DNA from: Raillietiella orientalis
Taxonomy: Eukaryota
Reading direction: 5' to 3'
NCBI GenBank assembly: GCA_036172245.1
Contig: JAYWIR010000038.1
Location: 868,001-932,000 of the forward strand
DNA length: 64,000 nucleotides
Shown here piece after piece: positions 1 through 11,037 of the stretch. The position numbers and the translations under genes are program-made. Position 1 is the stretch's first letter. Every line of letters begins with the position of its first letter. Below the pieces are notes generated by a model that was not told the origin of the DNA, did not search any database, and saw only the letters and a program-made list of their open reading frames with translations.

Positions 1-1691
1 GGTACGTTAAGATGGGATGTAAAGCTCATGAGACCGAGCATGATTATTGACAAGTTGTTGGCAAGTCAAGAAAACAGTCAATAGAGAAAACAAAACTATG
101 GCAATGACATGCAATAAGACCAAATCCACTAGAACCGTCACCACATACAAAAAAGGATGTGCTCAATAAATGTCCACATATTTTGAACAAGCAGCTGATT
201 CACTAAGAAACGGTGCACTTTCTCATATCCATTAACATGGTAACATCTCCGTATTGCTATACGTCATACTTTACTTGTGAAAGGTCCTTACATATTATGA
301 TAGTGGTGAGAACTCACCATTCTATGTTGGTATTAGGAGCCACCAATTAGATCTTTTTTATCTACTTTACAAGTGTTAAAAGTAATATTGATGACTCTTA
401 AGAATGCTGTAGCATTCAATGGATGCAAAATGATATTCTAGTTAATGAACTTATCCCAGAGAATGCCTATGTTGTCACTGGGAATAGTCTCACCTCTTGC
501 AAAATATAGTTGCTCATTCAAAGCACAATTATAACACTTTTGTTAACAGATACAACCAAACATAGTATACTAGTGACTTAGCAGGATTTTAAAGATGAAT
601 GCAAATTGAATTTGCATAACCTGTTGGAGCATGGCATCTAAACAACACTGAACATAAACATCTGTTAATGCAAACATTTACAGTATGCACCCTTAATTTC
701 CAAGTGTTTCTTTCTTCTGTGATGCCTGCACATGAAACACATGCAACTTCACCTTAAAATCTTCAGCAGAAATTTACAAGCAAGCTAGGCTGTAAATTTC
801 ATAGGCTATGAAATTACCTAATATCACTCAAACGCAAAAAATAGACTTTTAATTAACTTTAGTTAAAAAAAAAACTCCACACTGAATGCACATTCCTAAC
901 TTAATTACGCATGTTGGAATTCTTTACATTGAGGGAAATTAAAACTGATTATGATACACACATAAAGCATGTCTGTCATGCAAAGCTATTGTTAATTAAA
1001 GCATTTGTGCATGCAAAAACAATTAAGATAAATACACTTCACTTAAAGCTTGAAATACAATCTACTATTTCAAATTTAGGGCATACAATTGCTTGCAAAG
1101 TGTAGGTTTACAGATTCCCCAAGAGAAAAATGAAAATGCGGATCACTTCTTTAGTAAGTTCATCTCATCAATATGATATGGAAACTCATGACAGAACATG
1201 AAAACTTGCTTTAAGAGCAAGTTCTGTGCATTCAAATATCTCTTTTCATTCTACTCTGACTAGAGAACTCAAATATGAAACTCGAAAATCTAAATCCTTA
1301 ACTTTAACCTTTATTCTACAGAAAATCACAGCAGTTTTAACTTTTGAATGTTCTTAAAAGACCTTGAGTTATGTGATTGCTTTTCTGTCCGATACTGTAA
1401 ACTAACAAGCTAAATGACATCGTTAGAAGTGCTAACCTGTGTTGTCCTATGCAATTTAGGATCCAAATGCATCAATATCTGAATACTAGGCCTGTAAACT
1501 CAAAGTGTACATACCAAAAATCAACAACTAACAAAATGCTGTTTAGAATACCTTTTTTACAAATATTTTTCAAGTCATCTAGAAATTTTTATGAACACTT
1601 GTTTCAAATCTTAATACCACACATCATTTGGAACAACTAACTCTGTGGCACACTTGCAATTTCATTTGTATTCAAAATGATCCAAGCTAAC

Positions 1692-1785
1692 CTTGTGACA
1701 TGCTAGCAGATACATGGCTGCATGATGATATTGACTTTCTAACCTTAGTTGTTCAGCATACACTTCACACATTTCTTGCCAGAAT
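1692..1785 (-). CDS. Gemin5: Gemin5 coding exon 8 (FWQEMCEVYAEQLRLESQYHHAAMYLLACHK), not in ORF track
   Basis: Acceptor ttcatag before 1785; donor AAG|GTTAGC at 1691; read-through hits a stop after 9 codons. Confidence 0.8.
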
Positions 1786-3046
1786 CTATGAATCGAAAGT
1801 TGCTTTCACATCACACTTTGGATTTTATGTACCTACTTATATGATACCATGGGAGCTAAGGAAACTAACTGATCAGTGAGACTTCTCTCCTTGGCTGCTT
1901 GTCTTAATGTAGTTCCTACATCTCCTTTCCATACAGACAACTGTATGCCCAAATTCCAATTCCCAGACTGGCAATGCTGCTTCTCTAAACCAAAAATTAT
2001 ACACTACTATCTATTTCAGGAAAATAGATACAAAGGAGAAAGAAAATGTAACATTCCATTCACCTTCTGCATCTAACAAGAAATGTATTGCTTTCCTATC
2101 TCCATAAAATCCTAAATGACAGGTTTCTACTGTGGGTTCTAAATTCCCTTCTGCAAGTAATAAGCAATCTCGTAGTTGGGAGTTGCGAGACTGCATATCT
2201 GACTGAGAACTAACTGGAAAAAGTGACTTGGTTTTCTTTTTGGGCTTTGCCACAGTAGGCTGTAAGGAGAGAGTTCGTGTAGACAAACTTGAAGAGGTTT
2301 TTGAACTATCAGCATCTTGTTGCTTTGGAATATCTTTAGTCACATTGGCCACTTCATTGTGAATAAGTTCTACTGGTGTTCGGTTCTGTCCCATTGTCCT
2401 GCTTGCTGCATTTTTGGCTGTAGGAATACCCAGTGGTTGCTGAGTTATCCTCCAGCGAAATAAAGTACACTCTTCACTAGCACTTATCACATAATTCTCA
2501 TCTAGAGGATCAAATAAGCAAGCAAATACACGTCCTCTATGCCCAAGAAAATGTCTGAGAGGTTGGCCATTACGTGCATTCCATAAAATTACAACACTGT
2601 CATAAGAGCCAGTTGCCAACTGACCATCTACATGTGGATTCCAAGCTAGGCAAACAACTCGTCCATGATGGCCCACAAGTTGTGTGAGCTGCTGTCCAGC
2701 TAAACTGTATACTCCAACCACAGCACTATTGCTACCAACAGCAAACCATTGTGAGCAAGGTGAAGAGTTGGGCTGTGAAGACATAGTGAACTGGGGATGG
2801 AAGCAGATGCTCATGACAGCCTTTTTCATTCCATGAATCTGTTTCAGCAATGTTAAAGAAGGATAGACATATAACAAAATTGTTCTGTAAAAACGGAAAG
2901 TTCAACAAATCAATAATTCCTGATGCCTACCCACAATCACAGCCTAAAGCAAAAAACTGATGGTTCCAATGCCAGCATATTTCACAACAGCGTAAATTGC
3001 ATGCCAGTAATGCAAGAAGATCTCTTGCTTCTGTAAAGTAAAAAGC

Positions 3047-3082
<36 letters not shown>

Positions 3083-4687
3083 ATAAACTCTTGCCTTGAT
3101 GCAGAAGTGTAGGTTCATATATCAGCACAGTATCAAGACTACCAGCATACAAATTCATACTCTGATTTGACAAAGCAGGGCAGGGAGGACCCCACACTAA
3201 ACTATACACTGGTCCTTTGTGTTGACTATAAGCTATATTCAGTTTTCCTGGTTTCAAGGTGTCCAGAATCCCAACACGTCCTTCATCAGTGCCAAAAGCA
3301 ATCCAATTCTCTTTGGATGGGTGCCAAGATACCTCAAGAAACTATCAATACATACTTTATACTTTCTTACCACCATGATTTTGCTCTTAATGTTTTGGCC
3401 AAAGCACTGTACATTGCAAATTTTCCGTGAGTTCAAATTCCAAACACGCAAGATACCATCTCCTACTCCAATAGCAATTCGACTGGAATCCAAGGGAGAA
3501 ACTGATAGAGAAAATACACTGCTCCCAAAAGTTGGCAAGGTCTGGACGAGGTCTTCTGTTTTCCAGTTCCAGAGGCTCATTGTTCTATCTGGAGAAACAG
3601 CTAGGGCAAGCTCCATATACACACAGATATTGTAGACAGGTTTGCTATGCAATCTCTTAGCTTCCCCACTTCCTAACTGTAAGCAATGAGCCTGCATCTC
3701 CTTCCAAGTCCATTTGACAAGGCCTTCTTCAGCATCCGAACTTAGGAGCACATTTGGAGCACACCAATTAATACACATCCATACTTTTGATTTAAAGTCT
3801 TTCTTATTCATTGCAGAAAATTGGGGCTTTAACAGCATGACAGTCTTTTGATCAGTAACATTCCAAATTCTAATGGTTTTATCTCTAGATGTTGTAGCAA
3901 GATGAATCAATGACGAATCACTCTCTGATAAATTGGAAAATGGATCACCCTGAACTGGGCACCAGGATATACACGTAATATCTTCATCATGTCCTCGCAA
4001 TTTTTTTAGCACAGTACCTTTATCTGCAAGCAACATGAAAACAACTCACTAGAATTCATCTTACAACTTGAAATTTTTCTTACCTTTAAAGTTGAATAAG
4101 ATGACTGATCCTGTGCGAAACCCACAAGCGATCAAATCTGAGATGTGGAGGCAAAATCGAACAACAGTTATTGAGAGTTTGCACAACTGATAATGCTTTG
4201 TAATTTTATCTCTGATGTTCCATACAACAAGACCACCTCCTTCATCACCTGTAGCAATCAAATGAGAATCAATTTCTGACCAGTCAACAGTTGCAGGTTT
4301 TTTATCCTACATAAGAAAAAGCTAGCTAGTACAATGAAAGTGTTATTTCCAGATATTCATAGAACAATTTAAAATCTTGGAATAAAAATTTACGTTGTGT
4401 CGATTGTGATCCTGCTCTTCTTTGCCCATCTTCAAATTTCTCAATTTTACAAAGCCATCTTCAGAACATGAAACTATATAATCTTTACATGGACCACTGC
4501 CTAATGCCAAACCAGTAATCCTCTCCGTATGCACATTTGGTACACAGGCCTCAAACACTAATCGAGAATCAACCATTTTCATGATGTAAACATTATTTCT
4601 GCTTCCCAGGGCAAATAAATTACTTCTACATGTAACAATGTCCGACAGATACCAGTTGGCGGTAGGTGAAAAAATTAATGAATCCAT
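1692..4687 (-). CDS. Gemin5: Gem-associated protein 5 (Gemin5; SMN-complex WD40 protein), 3'-partial spliced model: exons 4687-4394, 4306-4084, 4023-3371, 3332-3095, 3030-2931, 2884-2064, 1984-1837, 1785-1692
   Basis: Hand-spliced exons join in frame (2571 nt, 857 aa) with consistent intron phases. Gemin5-like motifs: N-terminal FSPTANWYLSD (cf. PPSPNWY), WD40 repeats LRGHDEDITCISWCP, SRDKTIRIW, IAIGVGDGILRVWN, KSKIMVVSWHPSKENWIAFGTDEGRVG and LVGHHGRVVCLAWNPHVDGQLATGSYD, then a TPR-like/dimerisation region VWKGDVGTTLRQAAKERSLTDQLVSLAP...EVYAEQLRLESQYHHAAMYLLACHK. An in-frame upstream ATG at 4741 is an alternative start. No further exon was recognised in 1-1691. Confidence 0.9.
1837..1984 (-). 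CDS. Gemin5: Gemin5 coding exon 7 (QLSVWKGDVGTTLRQAAKERSLTDQLVSLAPMVSY), not in ORF track
   Basis: Acceptor tttggtttag before 1984; donor GTAGGT at 1836; resembles the Gemin5 WKGD...LTD.LV..AP motif. Confidence 0.82.
2064..2884 (-). CDS. Gemin5: Gemin5 coding exon 6 (last WD40 repeats plus linker)
   Basis: Acceptor tttttacag before 2884; overlaps ORF 2011..2877; donor AAG|GTGAAT at 2063. Confidence 0.88.
2931..3030 (-). CDS. Gemin5: Gemin5 coding exon 5 (EARDLL...CEICWHWNHQFFALGCDCG)
   Basis: Acceptor tactttacag before 3030; donor GTAGGC at 2930. Confidence 0.8.
3095..3332 (-). CDS. Gemin5: Gemin5 coding exon 4 (VSWHPSKENWIAFGTDEGRVG...HKGPVYSLVWGP), not in ORF track
   Basis: Manual minus-strand translation gives clear WD40 motifs; probable GC donor AAG|GCAAGA at 3094. 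Confidence 0.82.
3371..4023 (-). CDS. Gemin5: Gemin5 coding exon 3 (WD40 repeats)
   Basis: Acceptor ttgcttgcag before 4023; LRGHDEDITCISWCP...GDGILRVWN...KSKIMV; donor GTAAGA at 3370. Confidence 0.88.
4084..4306 (-). CDS. Gemin5: Gemin5 coding exon 2 (DKKPATVDWSEIDSHLIATGDEGG...FNFK)
   Basis: Acceptor ttcttatgtag before 4306; donor AAG|GTAAGA at 4083. Confidence 0.85.
4394..4687 (-). CDS. Gemin5: Gemin5 coding exon 1 (MDSLIFSPTANWY...DHNRHN)
   Basis: ATG at 4687; donor GTAAAT at 4393, phase 0. Confidence 0.8.
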
Positions 4688-7600
4688 TTGCTCTCCTGAA
4701 ACTTGAATTTGATTCTGGAAACAATCCCCATTTATTAGCATTTCCAATTTCAAACAGTCAAAGATATAAAAACTGCAACTTTTATCTGAAAACTTTTCAG
4801 CGTTGAGATTTATGTGAAACTAGTCTTGAATTTAAAAAAACATACCTTACAAATGGTTGAATGGTAAAACCTTTTTTAGTGAATGGCTAATTTAAATACC
4901 GAAGGCTCTGATTTCATGTATTCTTTTCACTAACAACACGTATTACGTGCTCCACTTATTCTCCGCTTAACATGTGCTACACAGACATACCAAGGAGTTC
5001 GCTCAAATTTATAAACTTTAGAAATAAATATTGTTCACAGAATCAAAAAATGAAAAGAGAAGTCATTAAAAGCAATTGAAAATTGATAATTGGAAATAAT
5101 TCTGATTGCTCTAAAATGATTTGCAACCTAATAATAATGCTGATTCCTCTGGAATATTACATAATGGTTGAATTTCGGACTGATTTTATATAGTTCCAGG
5201 AAACTAAAGCATTTATGCTTCGTGCCTACATAAACAAACAGAACCGAAAAAAGGTGTTTTAAGTAAGGAAAGGTAATAAGAAGTAAGGTACATACTGTGT
5301 GCATTTTCACATTTCATATAACTCTACTGACTCTTGAGATCCAATATTTTATAAAGAACAAGAATTTCACTAAATGGTTTAGTTTTGAGATAGGTACAGA
5401 CAAAGCATTAACAGCATGAAAAGAGAAAATGAAATTTCGAATCAATATAAGATTGTAATAAATGACTATGATCTATGAAAGCATTGTCTGAAGGCATTCA
5501 AAGGAAGTAACATCCGAAAGTAATTGACATGATGCAGCAGACAATAAACAAAGAATTTTGAAACAGAAAGACAGCAATATAAAATGGAGCGCAGAGCATG
5601 CCAAACAGATCTAAGTAACAAGAAATATAAATATTCCTGAACAGGCACAATCCTGTTTATTCACTGAGAAGGCTAATGTATCGATTGGAAATTAATAAAT
5701 AAAAGCTATTACAATTCATCTTTCATGATTACATGCAAAAAAATATGAGACAACGGAAGGATCATAACGCAGAATCAATTGTTTCAAGTTAAAAAGCAGA
5801 ATGGTTTTCTGATCATCAATAGCTCTCATTTCCTTTCATTGCTTAGATGACTCTAATGATTACAGGAAACCTTTACTCGAATTCAGAGACCACATTTTCA
5901 GACATGCAGGCACATAAAACACATACCCGTTTTCCATATCTGCGTCCTTTAGAATTACAGCTAAAAAATGAACAGAATTGTGTTCATTTCTGAAATCAAA
6001 GAGGCGATACGTGTTGCTTGCTCGATTTTTATATCTTTACGATTCCAAAGAGTTCTTCATATCTGTTTTAAGTGAGTTGGACTTTTTCTGACTTTCAGTG
6101 GCCTTGATCCACAGCGTTGAATCCAAGGAATAGACTACCTGTGAGACAGCTACTTCAATCATCATTTTTTTCGAAATCATTATCGTGTACAGTACTCAAA
6201 ACCAGCTTCAGTTTACATCCTTTGAAAACGATCTTTGCTTGATTCTCGACATTGTGTGCATGTTAACGGCATCATTAACGGATGAAAACGAATACTTATT
6301 CTGGATTCTCAATTTCCAAGCTCCCTTTGAAGGTTTAAAAGAAAATACGTCGTGCTTCTAGATTCTTGCGGTGTTTATACTTTCAATTTAGACTTGATGT
6401 GCTGTAATATTCGTGATATTCTGAATAGCGAGACTCGTTGCACGAGGATCTGAATGTTCAGTTGGCGGATCACTTTTCAGAAGATCCACTATTACTGCAC
6501 CTATGGAAAAATTCGGGAAGGAGATACTGAGAATTTCGACAGTGAAATTTTCCCCATACACGAATCGTGCTGACTGTGAATAGAGCCATCTGAATCCTGC
6601 TTGCCGAGTCATGTGATAATCTTCGGATAAAGCATGTTTCCGCAGGCATCGTTTTATTCCGAACAGATTGTGGGATTTTGTGGACAATTTTGGAGTCTCC
6701 GGCTCTAATGGAATCTCTATCGGAAAGCATTTGATAAATTTGCTAATACTCCAAGTAAAGTGGGAAGTACAGAACTGGTAAATTCACTAGAACAGGAGCT
6801 TTACTAAGCAAAGAGCCGCACTGAAGATCATTAGGGGAGAGAATCAATTTCCACAAGAGTTGTCTCTAATAACTTTCAAAGATGAAATATGAAGATGGTC
6901 AGAATGCTTCAAGTTAGGATCGAGATGTCTTCTGGGAGAACTTACAGAAGGGAAACGGAAGCTCTCGATGATAAGAAGAAATGCTCTATTCAGACAGTGT
7001 AAGGACGTGGACACAGCAATGTAAAGAAAATGATCATTGATTTAATTTGATCAAAAAAAATAATAATAATTCAGCGAAAATTTGTGGATGTTCAGTTGGA
7101 GTGAGCCCTTTCGAATACTACTGGAAGCCTCAGGTTCCCAGGCATTGCTGAATTCATTCAAAGCGTGCGAAAACGTTAAGTAAGAATAAGTAAATCAGCG
7201 TAAAGACGTGAAGCTTTTTTGCTTCTTCTTTTTTTTCTTTTTTTTTTACGAAGTAGATCATTGCAAGTTTTCCGTTCAGACGGAAATCCTTCTACGACTG
7301 AACTTGAATTTTTCCAGGAGAGCGGAAATCCTGTTGGAAACTAGAAGTCTGGATCCATAAGAAACTAAATAACTCTTATGTGGCTTTGTGTCGTCAAAAG
7401 GGGGAAAGAAGGAAAAGGGAAGGGAAAAGGTCACACGCCGTTCGAAAAGCAAAAATCACCTGACTCATCCTCGAGTTTGGTTTGCACGTCTGCTAAAGGA
7501 AGGAGTAGGCAGCGATCGTTTGCATCCTGGAATGAGCTGATGAAATGGCTGTTGCATGCTCAAAGCGGCACTTTCCTTTCTTCTTCTTTTTAGCTGTCTC

Positions 7601-10600
7601 TTTGTGGCATGCAATCGGGACTCGGTTTCCAGGTGCCGAACGAAACTGGTGGAATGGCGAGCCATGGGGACTCTTTCGTGAGCTCATGATTCCAATTCAT
7701 TAGAAACAACCGCGGTTGAGCTCATGAATCGCCGGTTGAAAGTGGGAAACTGCTGTCGCTCCTGCTAAAAGGGACGGGAATGCTCCCCTGTGAATCGTCT
7801 CGGGCAGTTCCTCTCAAGCACGGTCGCACGCAGGCTGGTTGGTGCCTCTGCTCATCGGCAAGCCTTTGTAGCGAAATTTCTCTGCAGGGATTGCAAACTT
7901 TGAGAAAACACTCATTCACACACACACACAAATTTATTGCTTGCCATCCGCGATCTCCTCTCCCTCAAGCGTCTTTGGCTCGCGCTTGTGTTAGCGCTGG
8001 AAACGACGGAAGCTTTTGGCTCCTATTTCAAACGCTCATGAGCATCCGTATGTTAGGAACACGGGTTATATCGGGTGCATAGCAGCATTCCCTTTGGTTG
8101 AGATTGCTCTGCTTCGTGGATTCCCTTCGCTTTCCAGCACTTTCGCGCACTTGGGTTCCCAAACTGTGATTGCATCAGGAAGTCCCCCCCATAACACACA
8201 CGCAGCGAGTCAAAAGGAAGCTGGCTCTCCCGTGGGATAGGATGATTCTTTTGCCATCAAGTGCTCGTATGACTTTACGGCACCGATAGACACGCGGCTA
8301 GGTGTTTCTCAGCACGATCCTTTCGGAACGCGTCTTCGCGCAATCCGCCAGTGCACGAAGTCATCTCGGATGGAGTTCCCCCCCTCCCCCCCCCTGGCGT
8401 GTTTGTTGAGTGAAACGGCGAGCGCAGACGTTCCTTTCTCCGAACGAACATCTGGAGTGGTCAGTTTCTGCACCTTACCGTGCGCTGTCTGGTCCGGCGA
8501 AGAAGAGCCGTCCGTAGAAGTGTCCCCAAATACCCACTCGTCTCATTTCGCGCCGAGACGGCCGTCTCCGCTGCTAGCATCCCTCCTAAAATGCAGCTTC
8601 CTATGAAGGTGAGAAAGAGGTTCATTGCTGGAGCATCGAACCGGGTCGCGCGCACGGCAGACGAGTCGGCGGGCGGGCGGGCGAGCGGGGGGGGGGCCTA
8701 AATGGCGAAAGAAAGGATCATGTTGAGAGATTATGTAATTTACTTGAGTTTTCAAGCAAAGTGAGGAAACTTTGAAAAACCGCATGTTTCAAATCCACAT
8801 TACTTACATGTTGAGTGGCCGATACAAAGGAAATCAGGAGTCTTCATTTTTCCAGAATTTTCGGAGAACATGTCGAACCTTTACCATCGGCGCAAGATAT
8901 CGCCGAGGTAGCTTTCGTAAACGAACGCTCTTCTCATCGGAGATCAAAAATCTCGAGTTATCTGTGAGAGGAGCGCGGGAGTTTCTCCGAAAAAGGAAGA
9001 AGAAATCCGTGGCATTCGTTTCAGCAAGTCACAAATGGTGTTCCATCCGAACGAGGCGGTGGACTGCAAACGTTTAGTCAAAAACACCTGGAGCACAACG
9101 GGAGATCGATCCGTACAACGGTTGCGGTTGACACCGGGGTCATATCCCTGAAATGAGATACCGGTTTTGAAGATCTGCTTGCGTTCGTAGGATTCATAGG
9201 GTTTCTGTGGGATGCGACGAAGTTTCCTGTGACCTCGACGAAATTTCGTCGAAGTGAATCTGTCGACTGATTCTCCGACCTGGGACGATGGGAAGTGCAA
9301 GGAGCTGCATCCAGCGGTTCAAGTCAACTTTGCCCCAGGAGTCGTCGCGTAGGACAGACGCTTCGGCGGTGCCAACACTTTACCGAATCAGCTAATGGTT
9401 CATCATCGTTTTGTGTGCTCGTGCATTCGAGCATCGAAGGCAGAGAGATAGGTACGTGACCGGCATCAACCCTGCTGATGGTAAATTCTGATTAGTGGTA
9501 GATCGTGTCGTTCTGCCTTCAGCATCTCAGCTCTTTTTGCTTTGACTGACGAACAGCACAGAGGTGAGTTGACAACCAGCAGACTTCCTGTTTCGTTCCA
9601 CATGCCTTTCTGCCAGGCGGAGGACTCAGTTCGATTGAGGCGTCCTTTTGGGAATTTCGAAATCTTCTTCATCAAACAGTTGAACTCAAGTTCTTAGCAA
9701 AAAGCCTTGGAGGAAGTGCTGAAGCTACGCTTCCATAGATACTCTTGGAAGTGTTTACTGTTTTCATGCACCATTTTGAAAAATAGTTTTGCTCGTGTTT
9801 CACCGATTACGCTGCCTTCTTTATTCTTGCTTTTGCTTCCCGTCTTCCTCTGATACTCACACAGCTTCCCAAGTCCCTCGGAGTTTTTCGAGTGCTCCTC
9901 TAAGACCACGTTCCTGCGAGCGCGCGCCGACCCGCCAGTCTGGCTTCCTTGGCCCCCCTCGGACTAAGCCGCTTCTTACTTTCTGAAAGACACAACGGTC
10001 GCAAGAGTCGCTTCCTGCCGAGGCATCCGACTGCTTCTCCTCCGCACTCGCCAGACGCTTCGGTGGGGAGAGGAAGGCGTGAGGATGAGCTGCTCGGCTT
10101 CCATCTTCTCGCCCGCAGGTTCGCCTCTCGTTGTCATTATGGGTGACTTCTGACGGCAGCGTAGGAGGAACGACGAGGCTGGTGAGCTCAAAGCGCACGG
10201 AGGGAACAGTTGAGCGGGTGCAGAAGGGATGCGCGAGGACATCCAAAAGAAGAGACCAGCCAGAAAGAAGGAATTTTTCTTTTTAAAAAATAAAATAAAA
10301 TAAAATAAAAGGCCAGTAGCGAGCTCTCGGGGAGATCGTTACTGCCGTTGGGAACCCTCTGGGATTCTTATGCTTTCGCTGCTTTCCTTCCAGCTTTTTT
10401 TCTTTTTGGTTCCCAAGGAGTGCCGAAGAATCGTCCGCCGCCTCAGAGGGAGCTTACGGAGCTCTTCTTTAACACCCTCCACGCCACCCCTGAGGGTGCG
10501 TGCTGACTCTTCAATCTACAGGAGTTGACCCCGGAGGGCCCACCCTATGAATCCAGGAAGATTCCGGAGGAGAGAGTTCCTTCCTTCCTCACGCTTGGAA

Positions 10601-10947
10601 GGGGAACCTGGAAAGGATCCGCTCCCTGTTTCCTCCTCTGAGGGGCGCTCCCCGAAGGTAGCGGCGCGCTTCTTACACTCTGGAGAGGAAGCCAGTTCCA
10701 TGGGTACGCGATGGAGAGTCCCACACTGAGGAAAGACGGCTCCATCTTCACAACCGGAGGAGAAGCTGACTCCTTCATTCCTGGAAGGACCCCGGAGGGT
10801 CAACTTCCAATCCCGGTCGACCAACGGGGCTGCCCGGGGGCTTCCGTCTTCCACCAGCGCCGCCTCACCCGATGCCAACCGAGGCCAACCCCCGGAGGGG
10901 GGAGGGAACTCGAAATCCACGGCGCACCCATTTGCTAGGCGTCGACC

Positions 10948-11037
10948 CTCTCCCGGGCGGGATTCGAACCCGCGATGCTTGGTGCCACGCGTGGAGGAGA
11001 CCGCAGCCACACGGCGCCGCCAACTCGTCCCGAAAGG
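10948..11037 (-). mobile_element. tRNA-like Pol III head (possible tRNA-derived SINE 5' end or degenerate tRNA)
   Basis: Minus strand has a perfect T-arm GCGGG-TTCGAAT-CCCGC containing B-box GGTTCGAATCC (10957-10973) and a loose A-box-like TGGCGGCGCCGTGTGG upstream. No canonical D or anticodon arm. Confidence 0.4.

Noticed and set aside
1..1691. Further Gemin5 exons or small ORFs (911-1105, 1449-1640)
   Set aside because: No candidate exon matched the expected continuation; treated as a long intron running off the window.
6500..7010. Possible RTE-LINE C-terminal remnants (EILRIS at about 6520, LLGELTEGKR at about 6930, plus strand)
   Set aside because: Only two short words with too-long spacing and intervening stops. 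It would need a TBLASTX or Dfam hit.
8944..9909. Three same-frame minus-strand ORFs with faint RT-like words (SKAF, GTKQ)
   Set aside because: No catalytic YADD, motif spacing is off and stops intervene, so a pseudogene call cannot be supported.
10948..11037. Functional tRNA gene
   Set aside because: Only the T-arm is canonical; no proper D or anticodon arm and the interior is overlong.
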